A DNA stretch of 20,000 bases. Source: a bacterium (GTDB lineage Bacteria > J088 > JAWLBW01). Position 1 is the stretch's first letter. Each line of letters begins with the position of its first letter. The notes under the pieces were generated by a model. That model saw only the letters and a program-made list of their open reading frames with translations. It was not told where the DNA came from and searched no databases. Where the stretch lies: NCBI GenBank assembly GCA_041690355.1, contig JAWLHK010000023.1, forward strand, positions 57,672-77,671, given 5' to 3'. The position numbers and the translations under genes are program-made. Of this stretch, positions 8,401 to 16,924 are shown one piece after another.

Positions 8401-10149
8401 AATCAGACCGGCTTCTTCGCCGGTGAGCGGTGTGGCATAGGCGGATACAATCTCCGTGCTGCTGCGCGAATAATTCCAAATGCGCGCTTCATCGAGGTAC
8501 CCGAGCAAGGGCGATTGCTCGAGGTGTTGCCGATTGCCCCAATAAAAATCATTCTGGTCCGGATCGACATCGACGATGTCGCCGCTGCCCGCGAACGAAT
8601 AGGCAAGGGCGCCATTTTTGTAGAACTGAATGAGGCCGTTATCATAGGCCAGCGCGATGTGCACCCATTCGTTTAACGGAACAATGATACCGGTGCCGAT
8701 CCATGCCCAGCCGGGGTTGCTGTTGGCGATCGCGTAAGCGAGAACACTGTCTGCATTGACCATGACCTCGTACTCGCCTTCCTGGTTGAAAAGCATCTGA
8801 TCGCCGCCCGTATTGCCGGTGCGGTAAACCCAGGTCTCGACGGTGAAGGCAGTCGTAAGTTTTTGTGAAAAGCCGCTGGATACGTTGAGGTAGCGGTAGT
8901 ACGCGCCCGGAAAAGACATCGCCCCGCCGAACAGTCCCGCGATGGGCGGATCATTCACTGGCAGAACGTTGATGTTGACGGTTAGAAACGAAACCAAACC
9001 GCCGTCGGTGGCGCTCACGACAAAGCTGTCGCTCCCCGAGTAGTGGGGAGGCGCCAAATAAGTGAATTGCGCGGTCGATGGCTCCCAAACGAGCAATTGC
9101 CCATGGGTTGGGCCGGTGACGAGGTTATAGCTAACGAGGTCGCCGTCGGGATCGATGGTTGAAGCGTAGTCGCTGAGCGGCGAGTCTTCGTTGACGGTCA
9201 AGTCGAAGTCGGCCGGAAGGGGGGCGTCTGCAACGGGGTTCACCGTGAGATAGACCGTGGCCGTTCCGGAGTTTCCATACGAAGCGACGGTGCGAAACAG
9301 AAAAAGATCGCTGCCGTTGTAATCCGGATTCGGCGTGTACGTAAAGGCGCCGGTGACCGTATCGGCAGTCACAGTGCCGTGGGAAGGGAGATCGACAAGG
9401 GCAAACGTATAGCCCGGGGCATCCTCGCTGGCGCCGGCAAGGTACCCGGTAATGGGCGTGTCTTCATTGCCGCTGAGCACGATGGTGCTCGGATCGTCCG
9501 CTTCTGGCGATACGGTAATCGTAACGGTTGCCGCGCTGGAGCTCTGGATACCATCCGAGGCGGTAACGGAGAAAGAATCGGGACCAAAGTAGTCGGGATC
9601 GGGAATGTAGGTGAAGCTTCCGACCGCAGGATCGATTACGGCCAAGCCGTGGGCCGGCGGAGCCGACACTGAGTAGGTGAGGGCGTCTCCATCCAGATCT
9701 TGACCGAGTACCGAACCGGCGATCATCGTATCCTCCATCCCGGATACCGCTGCCCCCGAAATCGTGGGGGCATCGTTGACGGGCGTCACCGTAATGGGGA
9801 TTGTGATGACCTTGCTCTTCATCCCATCGAATTCGGCATGTGCTTTGATAGAGTCGGCGCCGTTGTAGTTGGCGGCAGGGGTATACGTAAGCCGGCCACC
9901 CTCTTGTTCGAGGGCGCCATGCACAGGCTGGGCGTCGATGACAAACTTGACGGTGCCACTGACGCCGGGCCCCGTTGCCTGAAGCGTTACGCTCGCCGAG
10001 GAATCTTCGCTCACCGTAAGTTCCGTGGCGACGAGTTCCAGCGTGGCAACGACGGGTTTGGGATGGACTTGCGTGGTCGTCTCGGGTTGGGCACCGCATG
10101 CGGCAATGAGCAACAACGGCAAAATAGAAAGTGGCAGGCTTCTCGTCAT
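5455..10149 (-). CDS. Large surface lipoprotein/adhesin (1564 aa): 9 cadherin-like Ig (Big_9/tandem-95 type) repeats, LamG jelly-roll, C-terminal beta domains including a NIDO-like domain
   Basis: ATG 10149 with RBS GGGGAG; signal peptide and lipobox LIAAC; repeats of ..ED....G....D.DGD..T......P.HG.......FTY.P..Y.G.DSF....DG........V.PVND.P; LamG motifs FTVETWV, NEWVHIA..YD, G.LDEARIWN, GLIGYWPFN, DASGNG; C-terminal LPFAFP...I.V..DGLIVFG...FAPWW...F.V.LYPDG. Confidence 0.9.
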   Translation of the reverse strand: MTRSLPLSILPLLLIAACGAQPETTTQVHPKPVVATLELVATELTVSEDSSASVTLQATGPGVSGTVKFVIDAQPVHGALEQEGGRLTYTPAANYNGADSIKAHAEFDGMKSKVITIPITVTPVNDAPTISGAAVSGMEDTMIAGSVLGQDLDGDALTYSVSAPPAHGLAVIDPAVGSFTYIPDPDYFGPDSFSVTASDGIQSSSAATVTITVSPEADDPSTIVLSGNEDTPITGYLAGASEDAPGYTFALVDLPSHGTVTADTVTGAFTYTPNPDYNGSDLFLFRTVASYGNSGTATVYLTVNPVADAPLPADFDLTVNEDSPLSDYASTIDPDGDLVSYNLVTGPTHGQLLVWEPSTAQFTYLAPPHYSGSDSFVVSATDGGLVSFLTVNINVLPVNDPPIAGLFGGAMSFPGAYYRYLNVSSGFSQKLTTAFTVETWVYRTGNTGGDQMLFNQEGEYEVMVNADSVLAYAIANSNPGWAWIGTGIIVPLNEWVHIALAYDNGLIQFYKNGALAYSFAGSGDIVDVDPDQNDFYWGNRQHLEQSPLLGYLDEARIWNYSRSSTEIVSAYATPLTGEEAGLIGYWPFNDTTGPETDASGNGHIAYPTANLTRVSSSTLFPLVVTTAEDTSVQGTLLGSDPDGDTLTFLTPASNAAGSITINDPQTGDFTFVPTADFSGTAIFQYQVSDGTQTSLPAMLKINVTPVPDAWYARNVTVYADEDVSGEFDGPLFNPDPVMLSVSVVTDVTHGTLTVEPTYGGFTYQSDIDYNGPDAFTVMITDGLRTEYGTVDIVVRPVNDPPVVTSSPSYVTDDDTPVAGVLSGTDPIEGSPVTFYVSAPPFGGSVTLSADTATFYYRPNHGFYGIDSFAYKAFDGDLSSVAAGTVSITVNLVNSAPTLLTAPTSLTLAERGSVTFTLGGSDSDGDPLAGAVTVLPAKGYVTVNGLEITYHAGRVSGSDTIEVAVHDGYVSSTAGVVAVTITPVNDAPEPVAGRIVTQAGVTGTAQVAARDPDGDPVTYTLAVAPGSGVATVSEGGKVSYTPNAGFTGTDALLVNVSDGSLSAPALMEILVLHGPERLMPESVQCGVTDYETVTSITPGHGATVPIGVTTPVSAVVSYSASAERTITLSSTFAGAISSAVVAPGCGTVVLQGVVNEPSGGTDWVNTGLSPYNSYWFVGSSIEVKLSSISIPLSEGVTTPTYDLVANFTYDVNGDVDGYFRAVASDGTSFLSPGPNVLRRAISPDAVTIPVHVAGTIACGKSTLWLYARPVGGSGNSAYLKTAIPAAAPLVSSTELLTEYPVNGVDSSFDFDLIPCANDPVYKVTASESFFSVSPTLSTLQTFTITYHGSQIQAGERKEGWLIVEPVDGSHAPVRFPVSAVGHDIDFSNYQSVALNYGVANLALPFAFPADGAYHETIEVTHDGLIVFGSGLSTKSRTPVDALLDGAGLSLGKAVFAPWWGYHFLNPNRGSYGNVYPSNVYTREATDVTGHHFELLYWDLGGQKHQSTHNVFRVKLYPDGTSQVIYDQLFVMGTEIVGFMNSDGSGELLPPGAIKEGDVKTFGPYY

Positions 10150-10547
10150 CGGTGCTCCCCTTAGAATAGGGCAGGGTAGCACAAGCCAATTGAAGCTGCT
10201 AACGGAGGATAAAGCTGGACGAAGCCCCGCCGCCACGTCGAGGTCGCCTTCGCCATCCAGATCGGCCAGGGCCCGGGTCGCGTGGGCGTCGGTCGCGAGA
10301 TCGCCTACGCTTATTGAATTGGGGAAACCGTGCCGGCGCTTCTTAAATGCCATCCTAACGGCCTGCTGCGCAGGCGAATACTGTGTCGTCGACTTCTCGA
10401 GGTCGAGGCCTTGCGCAGTCTGGTTCAGAACAGGTTCGCCACGTGACCGTCGTCCCTTCGAGGCCCGCCATTGACCGAGGCTTCGAGCAAGTTGGCACAG
10501 ACATTCTGGCCCCTCGACAGCTTCTCGGGGCGAACGGATTTTCGACA

Positions 10548-10563
10548 AGCGATGAATGTGCCA
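10548..10563 (-). promoter_or_regulatory. Candidate sigma-54 (-24/-12) promoter facing the large lipoprotein gene
   Basis: Minus strand TGGCACATTCATCGCT versus consensus TGGCACG-N4-TTGCW, with exact GG-N10-GC spacing. Confidence 0.5.
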
Positions 10564-10617
10564 GCCCGTTCCACGGGACCGCGAGCGCAAGCTTTCCGGA
10601 CAGGGTATTACGCACCC

Positions 10618-11310
10618 TCAGCGCGGCAGGCAGAGCTCCGGATTGCGCTGGCACTGGAGCAGGGTGTGCGCCCGCCGGCTGCGGCTGAAGAGGACGGCAG
10701 AATCCGATTCCTCGAGGATCACGGTCTCGCCGTTCAGGAAAAGCGTGCCCGAGGCCACGGCCGGGCGGGCGAGGGTGTGGAGGTGCGCGAAGGTCTTCAC
10801 CCCGAACTCGGTCATCCGGTCGCGAGAGAAACCCTGCTGGGGCGGTCCGGTCGCCGTCCAGGTGAGGTCCACGTCCAGCTCGTAGGTGGGCATGCCGAAA
10901 TCGTACGGGTCAAAGCACGTCAGCGTCGTGTCGAGCGCCGCCTCCCGCAGACTCGGCGCAACATACAGGCTGGTGGGGTTCGCGGTGGAGCACTCATGAT
11001 AGAGCGTGATTGTCGAAGTGCAGGTATTGAACTCGATGATCGAGATGCCGACGCCGGAGAACGACCCGGACACGGGCGCGCCGGGTCCGTCCTTCCTTCG
11101 GAAGGTCACGAGGTCGGTACGGACGTCATAGCTGACCTCCAGACATCCGGTCTGATCGCCGGAAACCGGGAGGGTAAACGTCGCATCGGCCGAGCGGCTG
11201 TCGCTGTGGGCAAACTCGGTCCGATTTTCCCCCCACGAAGAAGCCGGCACGGCCATCAGAGCGGCCATCATGAGCGTGCCGGGAACCAGGCGCAGAAACA
11301 GATTCCGCAT
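10618..11310 (-). CDS. Secreted beta-rich hypothetical protein with six Cys
   Basis: ATG 11310 with RBS GGAGGT; signal peptide MRNLFLRLVPGTLMMAALMAVPASSWG; alternating beta-strand pattern; no family recognised. Confidence 0.75.
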   Translation of the reverse strand: MRNLFLRLVPGTLMMAALMAVPASSWGENRTEFAHSDSRSADATFTLPVSGDQTGCLEVSYDVRTDLVTFRRKDGPGAPVSGSFSGVGISIIEFNTCTSTITLYHECSTANPTSLYVAPSLREAALDTTLTCFDPYDFGMPTYELDVDLTWTATGPPQQGFSRDRMTEFGVKTFAHLHTLARPAVASGTLFLNGETVILEESDSAVLFSRSRRAHTLLQCQRNPELCLPR

Positions 11311-11472
11311 GAGTAACCTCCACACTCAGGCTAACAGCTTGTTCCTCCTCGCCGGCCGTGATCGCGGCCGGTCGCAGAGAGGGTCTTGCGTCCACATGCC
11401 GAATCCGCATGGGGGAATCCTCGAGTTCGTTTTTTCTTTACCTCGCGCCCCGGACCGTGATAGCCTCGGCGG

Positions 11473-12165
11473 ATGAGCACCGAACAAGCGGACTGGCCGC
11501 CGGGGTGGGAAGACGCCCTGCGCGGGTTCTCGAGAGCCCCGTCGGAAGCGGCCTGGGATGCGTTGATGCTCTTTATGCCGTTGGACGACTGGTACGCGTG
11601 TCTCAAGAGCTCGCTTCTGTACCTGGAATCGCTCGGCGTCGACCCCGACGTCCTGTTCCTGTTCGGCAGCAAGGACGGACTTCTACCCGTGGCCATCGGG
11701 TGGGCCCAGGACGGCCTCGTTTCTCCCGAGGTCATCCTCGGCAATCTGCACCGCTACGCATCGGCCGAGATGCACGCCACCATGTGGGGACTTGCCGCCG
11801 CGGCGTACGTTCACCGGGAAGACCACTTCAATACGATCCGCTGCCTGAAGCGCGCCGTGGAGCTGGACCGTTCCGGGCGGTACGCCATTGATCCCGTATG
11901 GCGGCGCGCCGACGAAACTCTCCGGTCTACGCTGGTGAAAATGGGTCTGACGCGGGGGAAAGACCAGCGCGCCGCGTCCTATCCGCCATTTTTTATCTGC
12001 CATTTGTCATTTATCTGGCAGTCGATGCGCGCAGGGTGCGGATGGCGCCGTAGAAGACGGGAGCGAGCAGCGGCAGGGCGAGAAGATTCATCGGTACCCA
12101 GCCGACGGCGAAGAGCAGCGCGCCGGCGGAGAGGGAGGCCGCCGCCTGCGTGCCGAAGACCGTGA
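11473..12165 (+). CDS. Helical hypothetical protein, possibly TPR-like; 3' end uncertain
   Basis: Protein-like sequence to about 11975 (AAAYVHREDHFNTIRCLKRAVELD is TPR-like). The rest reads through a repeat unit and antisense into the MFS gene. Confidence 0.6.
   Translation: MSTEQADWPPGWEDALRGFSRAPSEAAWDALMLFMPLDDWYACLKSSLLYLESLGVDPDVLFLFGSKDGLLPVAIGWAQDGLVSPEVILGNLHRYASAEMHATMWGLAAAAYVHREDHFNTIRCLKRAVELDRSGRYAIDPVWRRADETLRSTLVKMGLTRGKDQRAASYPPFFICHLSFIWQSMRAGCGWRRRRRERAAAGREDSSVPSRRRRAARRRRGRPPPACRRP
11980..12014 (-). repeat. Single degenerate five-heptamer unit of the GCARATG repeat family, inverted relative to the other copies
   Basis: Minus strand ATAAATG ACAAATG GCAGATA AAAAATG GCGGATA; overlaps the MFS TAA stop codon. 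Confidence 0.7.
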
Positions 12166-13180
12166 AGTCGTTCACGGCCTGCACCTTGAACCGCTCTTCC
12201 GCTCGATACACCCCCGTGAGCAGGACGGTCGAGCCGACGAACTGCAGGTTCCACCCGACGCCGAGCAGGACGAGCGCGCCCCAATAGTGGACGAAGTGTT
12301 CCGTGATGAGCGAGCCGAGGATCGTCAGCGCCAGCAGGGCAGCGCCGGCGAGCAGCACGCGCGGGGCGCCGAAGCGTTCGATGAGGAACCCCGAGAACAG
12401 CGAGGGGACGAACATGGCGATGACATGGCTCTGAATGACGAACGCTGTGTCGGCGATATCGTATCCGCGCAGCGTGTGCAGCTCGAGCGGCGTCGCCGTC
12501 ATGATCAGGCTCATGACCGCATACGACGTGGCCGCCCCCGCCACGGCCGTGAGGAACACGGGCGAACGCGCAATCTCCCGCAGCGGCCGCCCGCGCGCCG
12601 CCAGATCGACGGTGACCGGCGCCGCATTCCGGTACCCGAGGAAGAAGACGGCCGAGACGAGATACATCGCCGCCAGGGCCACGAGCGAGCCGGTATAGGC
12701 GCCTGCAGCAAGCCATCCGGCGGCATGGGTGACCACGGCGGGTCCGAGAAAGCCCGCGACGATGCCGCCGATGAGCACGAGGGAAACGGCGCGGCCCGCA
12801 TGCGCCGGCGCGACGCTCTCGGTCGCCGCGAACCGGTACTGCTGGGCGAAGGCCCCCTGGAAGCCCGCGGGAACCGCGGCCGCGCAGAACAGCACGAAGT
12901 TCCGCGTGGCGAGCGCGTAGGCGGCGAGTAGGAATCCGCCGAAGGCGAACAGGCTGGCCGTGAGGAATCCGGCGCGCCGGCCGAAGCGCTGCATGAGGAG
13001 CGCCGCCGGAATCGTGAAGAGCGCGAGCGAGACCGGCATGACGGAAATGGGGAGCGTCGCCAGGGCGCGCGAAGGAGCCAGCTCGGCCCCCGCGATGCCG
13101 GCGAGCAGCAGAAAGCCGGCGGATCCGGAGAGGGCGACGACCTGGGCCAGGGTCAGGATGGGGATGTTGCGGCGGTACAG
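12011..13180 (-). CDS. MFS transporter
   Basis: About 12 TM segments; MFS loop motifs MQRFGRRAGF and LIERFGAPRV; QQYRFAA.E, VIQSHVIAMFVPS, LLGVGWN.F.GST.LL, E.FKVQAVNDF. Start assigned to CTG 13180 behind CGAGGA; the upstream extension of the ORF is translated repeat. Confidence 0.92.
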   Translation of the reverse strand: MYRRNIPILTLAQVVALSGSAGFLLLAGIAGAELAPSRALATLPISVMPVSLALFTIPAALLMQRFGRRAGFLTASLFAFGGFLLAAYALATRNFVLFCAAAVPAGFQGAFAQQYRFAATESVAPAHAGRAVSLVLIGGIVAGFLGPAVVTHAAGWLAAGAYTGSLVALAAMYLVSAVFFLGYRNAAPVTVDLAARGRPLREIARSPVFLTAVAGAATSYAVMSLIMTATPLELHTLRGYDIADTAFVIQSHVIAMFVPSLFSGFLIERFGAPRVLLAGAALLALTILGSLITEHFVHYWGALVLLGVGWNLQFVGSTVLLTGVYRAEERFKVQAVNDFTVFGTQAAASLSAGALLFAVGWVPMNLLALPLLAPVFYGAIRTLRASTAR

Positions 13181-13227
13181 AAGCAGTCCTCGGGCGAAGA
13201 AGTGTAGCAGGGTACCACCGTGCGCGA

Positions 13228-13409
13228 CGCTTCGCGAATGGCAAATGCCAAATCGCAAATGACAAACTGCCGCTTCGCGAATGACAGACTTTCGCTTCGC
13301 GAATGGCAAATGGCAGATTGCAAATGGCGGGTTACCGGCAAGTACCACGTTCGCTTCGCGAATGACAGATGGCAGATTGCAGATGGCAGATGATCCGGCA
13401 AGTACCACG
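13228..13409 (+). repeat. Array of four units: head CGCTTCGCGAATG, GCARATG-type heptamers, tail CCGGCAAGTACCACG in two units
   Basis: Identical 13-bp heads at 13228, 13271, 13293 and 13352; heptamers GCAAATG/GCAGATT/GCAGATG/ACAGATG. Confidence 0.92.
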
Positions 13410-13418
13410 GATTTTGGC

Positions 13419-13526
13419 TGAGCCCTGAAGGGGCGATGCGCTTTATGCCCAGGGCAGAGCCCTGGGTGGCGGAAGGGATTCCCATCCTTTTTTCCCTTGC
13501 CCTTTCCGCGAGCGACCGCGAGCAGC
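13419..13526 (+). repeat. REP-like palindromic element, copy 1
   Basis: GCCCTGAAGGGGC and CCCAGGGC-AGA-GCCCTGGG hairpins; 13419-13476 matches 17650-17707 at 57/58 nt, and weaker similarity continues to GCGAGCAGC. Confidence 0.88.
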
Positions 13527-13591
13527 TGGGCCCAAGCCCGCCAAATCGGCCATGAAGCCGACGTGATAGACGGAAGGAAACCTGCTCGCGC

Positions 13592-14276
13592 TCACCCCCG
13601 CCGCTCGTCCTTCACGAGGCAGCCGTCGACCAGATGGAGAATCCGGTCGCAGCGCTCGGCCAAGCGCGGATCGTGCGTCACGATGACGAACGTGATTCCA
13701 TTTTCTGCATTGAAGCGCCGCAGCAGGGCGAACACCTCGTCGGCTGCGTGCGTATCCAGATTCCCCGTCGGTTCGTCGGCGAGCACCAGCGGCGGCCGCA
13801 TGGCGAGCGCGCGCGCAATCGCCACCCGCTGCTGCTGACCGCCCGACATGTCGAGCGGCTTGCGGTCGGCCAGCGCCCCCAGTTCCACCGCTTCGAGCAG
13901 CTGCCGTGCGTCGGTCTCCATCTCGTCGCGGCGGCGCCCCTTCTCGATCCACCGCGGCATGCTCACGTTCTCCCAGGCGCGGAACTCGGGGAGCAGGTTG
14001 TGGAACTGGAAGACGAAGCCGATCGTACGCCCGCGGAAGGCCGAGAGGGTCTCTTCGTCCATGGCCGAGGTGTCGCGCCCGGCGAGAAGATACCGGCCGC
14101 TGCTCGGCCGGTCGAGAAGCCCGAGGATGTTCAGCAGGGTGCTCTTTCCGGAACCGGACGGGCCGATGAGCGCGGTGAACTCGCCGGGCGCGATACAGAG
14201 ATCGACCCCGCGCAGCGCATGGGTGATCACGTGCGTGCCGTAGCGCTTGGTCACCCCCTCGAGCCGCACGAGCGCG

Positions 14277-14284
<8 letters not shown>
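13592..14284 (-). CDS. ABC transporter ATP-binding protein (LolD/MacB-type)
   Basis: Walker [21 protein letters not shown], signature [15 protein letters not shown], Walker [19 protein letters not shown] start overlaps the permease stop (GTGCCTGA). Confidence 0.96.
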
Positions 14285-15494
<1,210 letters not shown>

Positions 15495-15497
15495 CGC

Positions 15498-16751
15498 TCA
15501 GCCCCCCTCCACCCCGGCCACCTCGTCTATTTCGTCGGCCCGCACCCGCTGTCCCGGGCGGAGACTCGCCCGCGGATTCGCGACCACCCGATCGCCTTCG
15601 CGCAGGCCGGCCGTGACCTGCACGGCCTCCTCGCCTTCCATCCCCAGGCGCACCGGCTGCCGCGCGGCCCGCCCGTCGCGCACGACGAAGACCCAGGGCC
15701 GCTCGCCCGCTCCGGCCGCTCCGGCGCGCCCCTGGATCCCCGCGAGCGGAACGGCGAGGGCTTCTGCGGAACGGCCGGTCACGATCTCGACCGAGACGGT
15801 CATGTCGGGGCGCAGGTAGGCCGGCGGGTGCGGAATGTCGAGCTTGACGTCGATCGTGCCGCGCCGGGCGTCGACGGCCGGCGCGATCTCGGTGACGACG
15901 GCCGCGAAGACATCCTGGGGAAATGCGTCGGCCGAAGCGCGCGCCTCCTGCCCGAGGGCGAGATCGGAAAGGTTCTTCTCGTCGGGCTCGATGAGCAGCT
16001 GGGGCGCGCCGCCGAAGGCGATGCGCAGCAGCGGCGCGCCCGGCTGCGCGACGTCGCCCGGTTCCACGTTACGCCGGAGAATCGTTCCGCCGGCCGGGGC
16101 GCGAATGACCGACTCGGCCAGGCCGGCCTCGGCCGCCGCGAGGGCCGCTTCACTCTCGGCCACGCGGGCGCGGGCGCGCTGCAGTCCCGTTCCCCCTTCG
16201 CGGGCGGCGCCAAGCTGCGCCCGGGTGCTCGCGACCCGGCTTTCGGCCTGTTCGAGCGCGTACCGGGCGGCGTCGCGTTCGGCCGTGCTGATGGCGTCGG
16301 CGGCAAAGAGAGAGTCCATCCGGCGCGCCCGATCGCGGGCCTCGGCCAGCGCCGCCTCGGCTTCGGCCAGGCTTGCGGCGGCCACGTCGGCGGTGACCCC
16401 TTCGACCTCGGCCACCTGAGCGCGCGCGGCCGCGAGCGCGGCGCGGGCGCGCGCGACGGCGGCCCGGCCGGCGGCGGCGTCGAGCTCGATCAGCACCTGG
16501 CCGGCCCGCACCACGTCACCTTCGTCGACGAGGACGCGCGCGATCGTGCCGGTGCGTTCGGCCCCCACGGTCGCCTCCTCGGCGGCAATGACCCGTCCGC
16601 TCGCCACGATGGTGCGCACGATCTCCTGCTCCCGGACGGCCACGACGGGCACGACCGGCCCGCGTATCCGACGGATGACCAGCCATCCGGCCACCAGGAC
16701 GACGGCGACGAGGACGGCAGCCCATGCGACGCGACGCCGACGAACCTTCAT
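15498..16751 (-). CDS. Efflux periplasmic adaptor (MacA/HlyD-like membrane fusion protein)
   Basis: N-terminal anchor, lipoyl half-motifs VLVDEGDVVRAGQVLIELD and IRAPAGGTIL..NVEPGDV, coiled coil, LRPDMTV, GLREGDRVV; alternative start at 16769. Confidence 0.93.
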   Translation of the reverse strand: MKVRRRRVAWAAVLVAVVLVAGWLVIRRIRGPVVPVVAVREQEIVRTIVASGRVIAAEEATVGAERTGTIARVLVDEGDVVRAGQVLIELDAAAGRAAVARARAALAAARAQVAEVEGVTADVAAASLAEAEAALAEARDRARRMDSLFAADAISTAERDAARYALEQAESRVASTRAQLGAAREGGTGLQRARARVAESEAALAAAEAGLAESVIRAPAGGTILRRNVEPGDVAQPGAPLLRIAFGGAPQLLIEPDEKNLSDLALGQEARASADAFPQDVFAAVVTEIAPAVDARRGTIDVKLDIPHPPAYLRPDMTVSVEIVTGRSAEALAVPLAGIQGRAGAAGAGERPWVFVVRDGRAARQPVRLGMEGEEAVQVTAGLREGDRVVANPRASLRPGQRVRADEIDEVAGVEGG

Positions 16752-16845
16752 CGGCTCACCATAGATCATTCCGCCCGCGCCGTCGGAGGGCGGGCGGTCT
16801 TCGGGTCCGCACGGCGGTCCTTGGCTCCCGGAAGGGAAAGCAGCC

Positions 16846-16875
16846 TTGACAGATCTCGCCCTTCCCCATTAAAGT
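16846..16875 (+). promoter_or_regulatory. Candidate sigma-70 promoter for the cytochrome c gene
   Basis: TTGACA-N18-TAAAGT, 49 nt before ATG 16925. Confidence 0.6.
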
Positions 16876-16924
16876 AGGCTCGCAGGACCGCCTTGCCGGC
16901 CGTCCTTCCCCCTCCGGAGCTTCC

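Noticed and set aside
10150-10590. Start at 10590 giving a 1711-aa protein
   Set aside because: The lipoprotein signal peptide and RBS are at 10149; the extension would bury the signal peptide.
13181-13408. 76-aa N-terminal extension of the MFS ORF (AICNLPS/AICHLPF repeats)
   Set aside because: It is the translation of the non-coding heptamer array; a promoter and RBS lie downstream of it.
13228-13409. CRISPR array interpretation of the repeated CGCTTCGCGAATG heads
   Set aside because: The repeat is only 13 bp, spacing is irregular (43, 22 and 59 nt), the intervening sequences are themselves repetitive rather than unique spacers, and there are no cas genes in the window.
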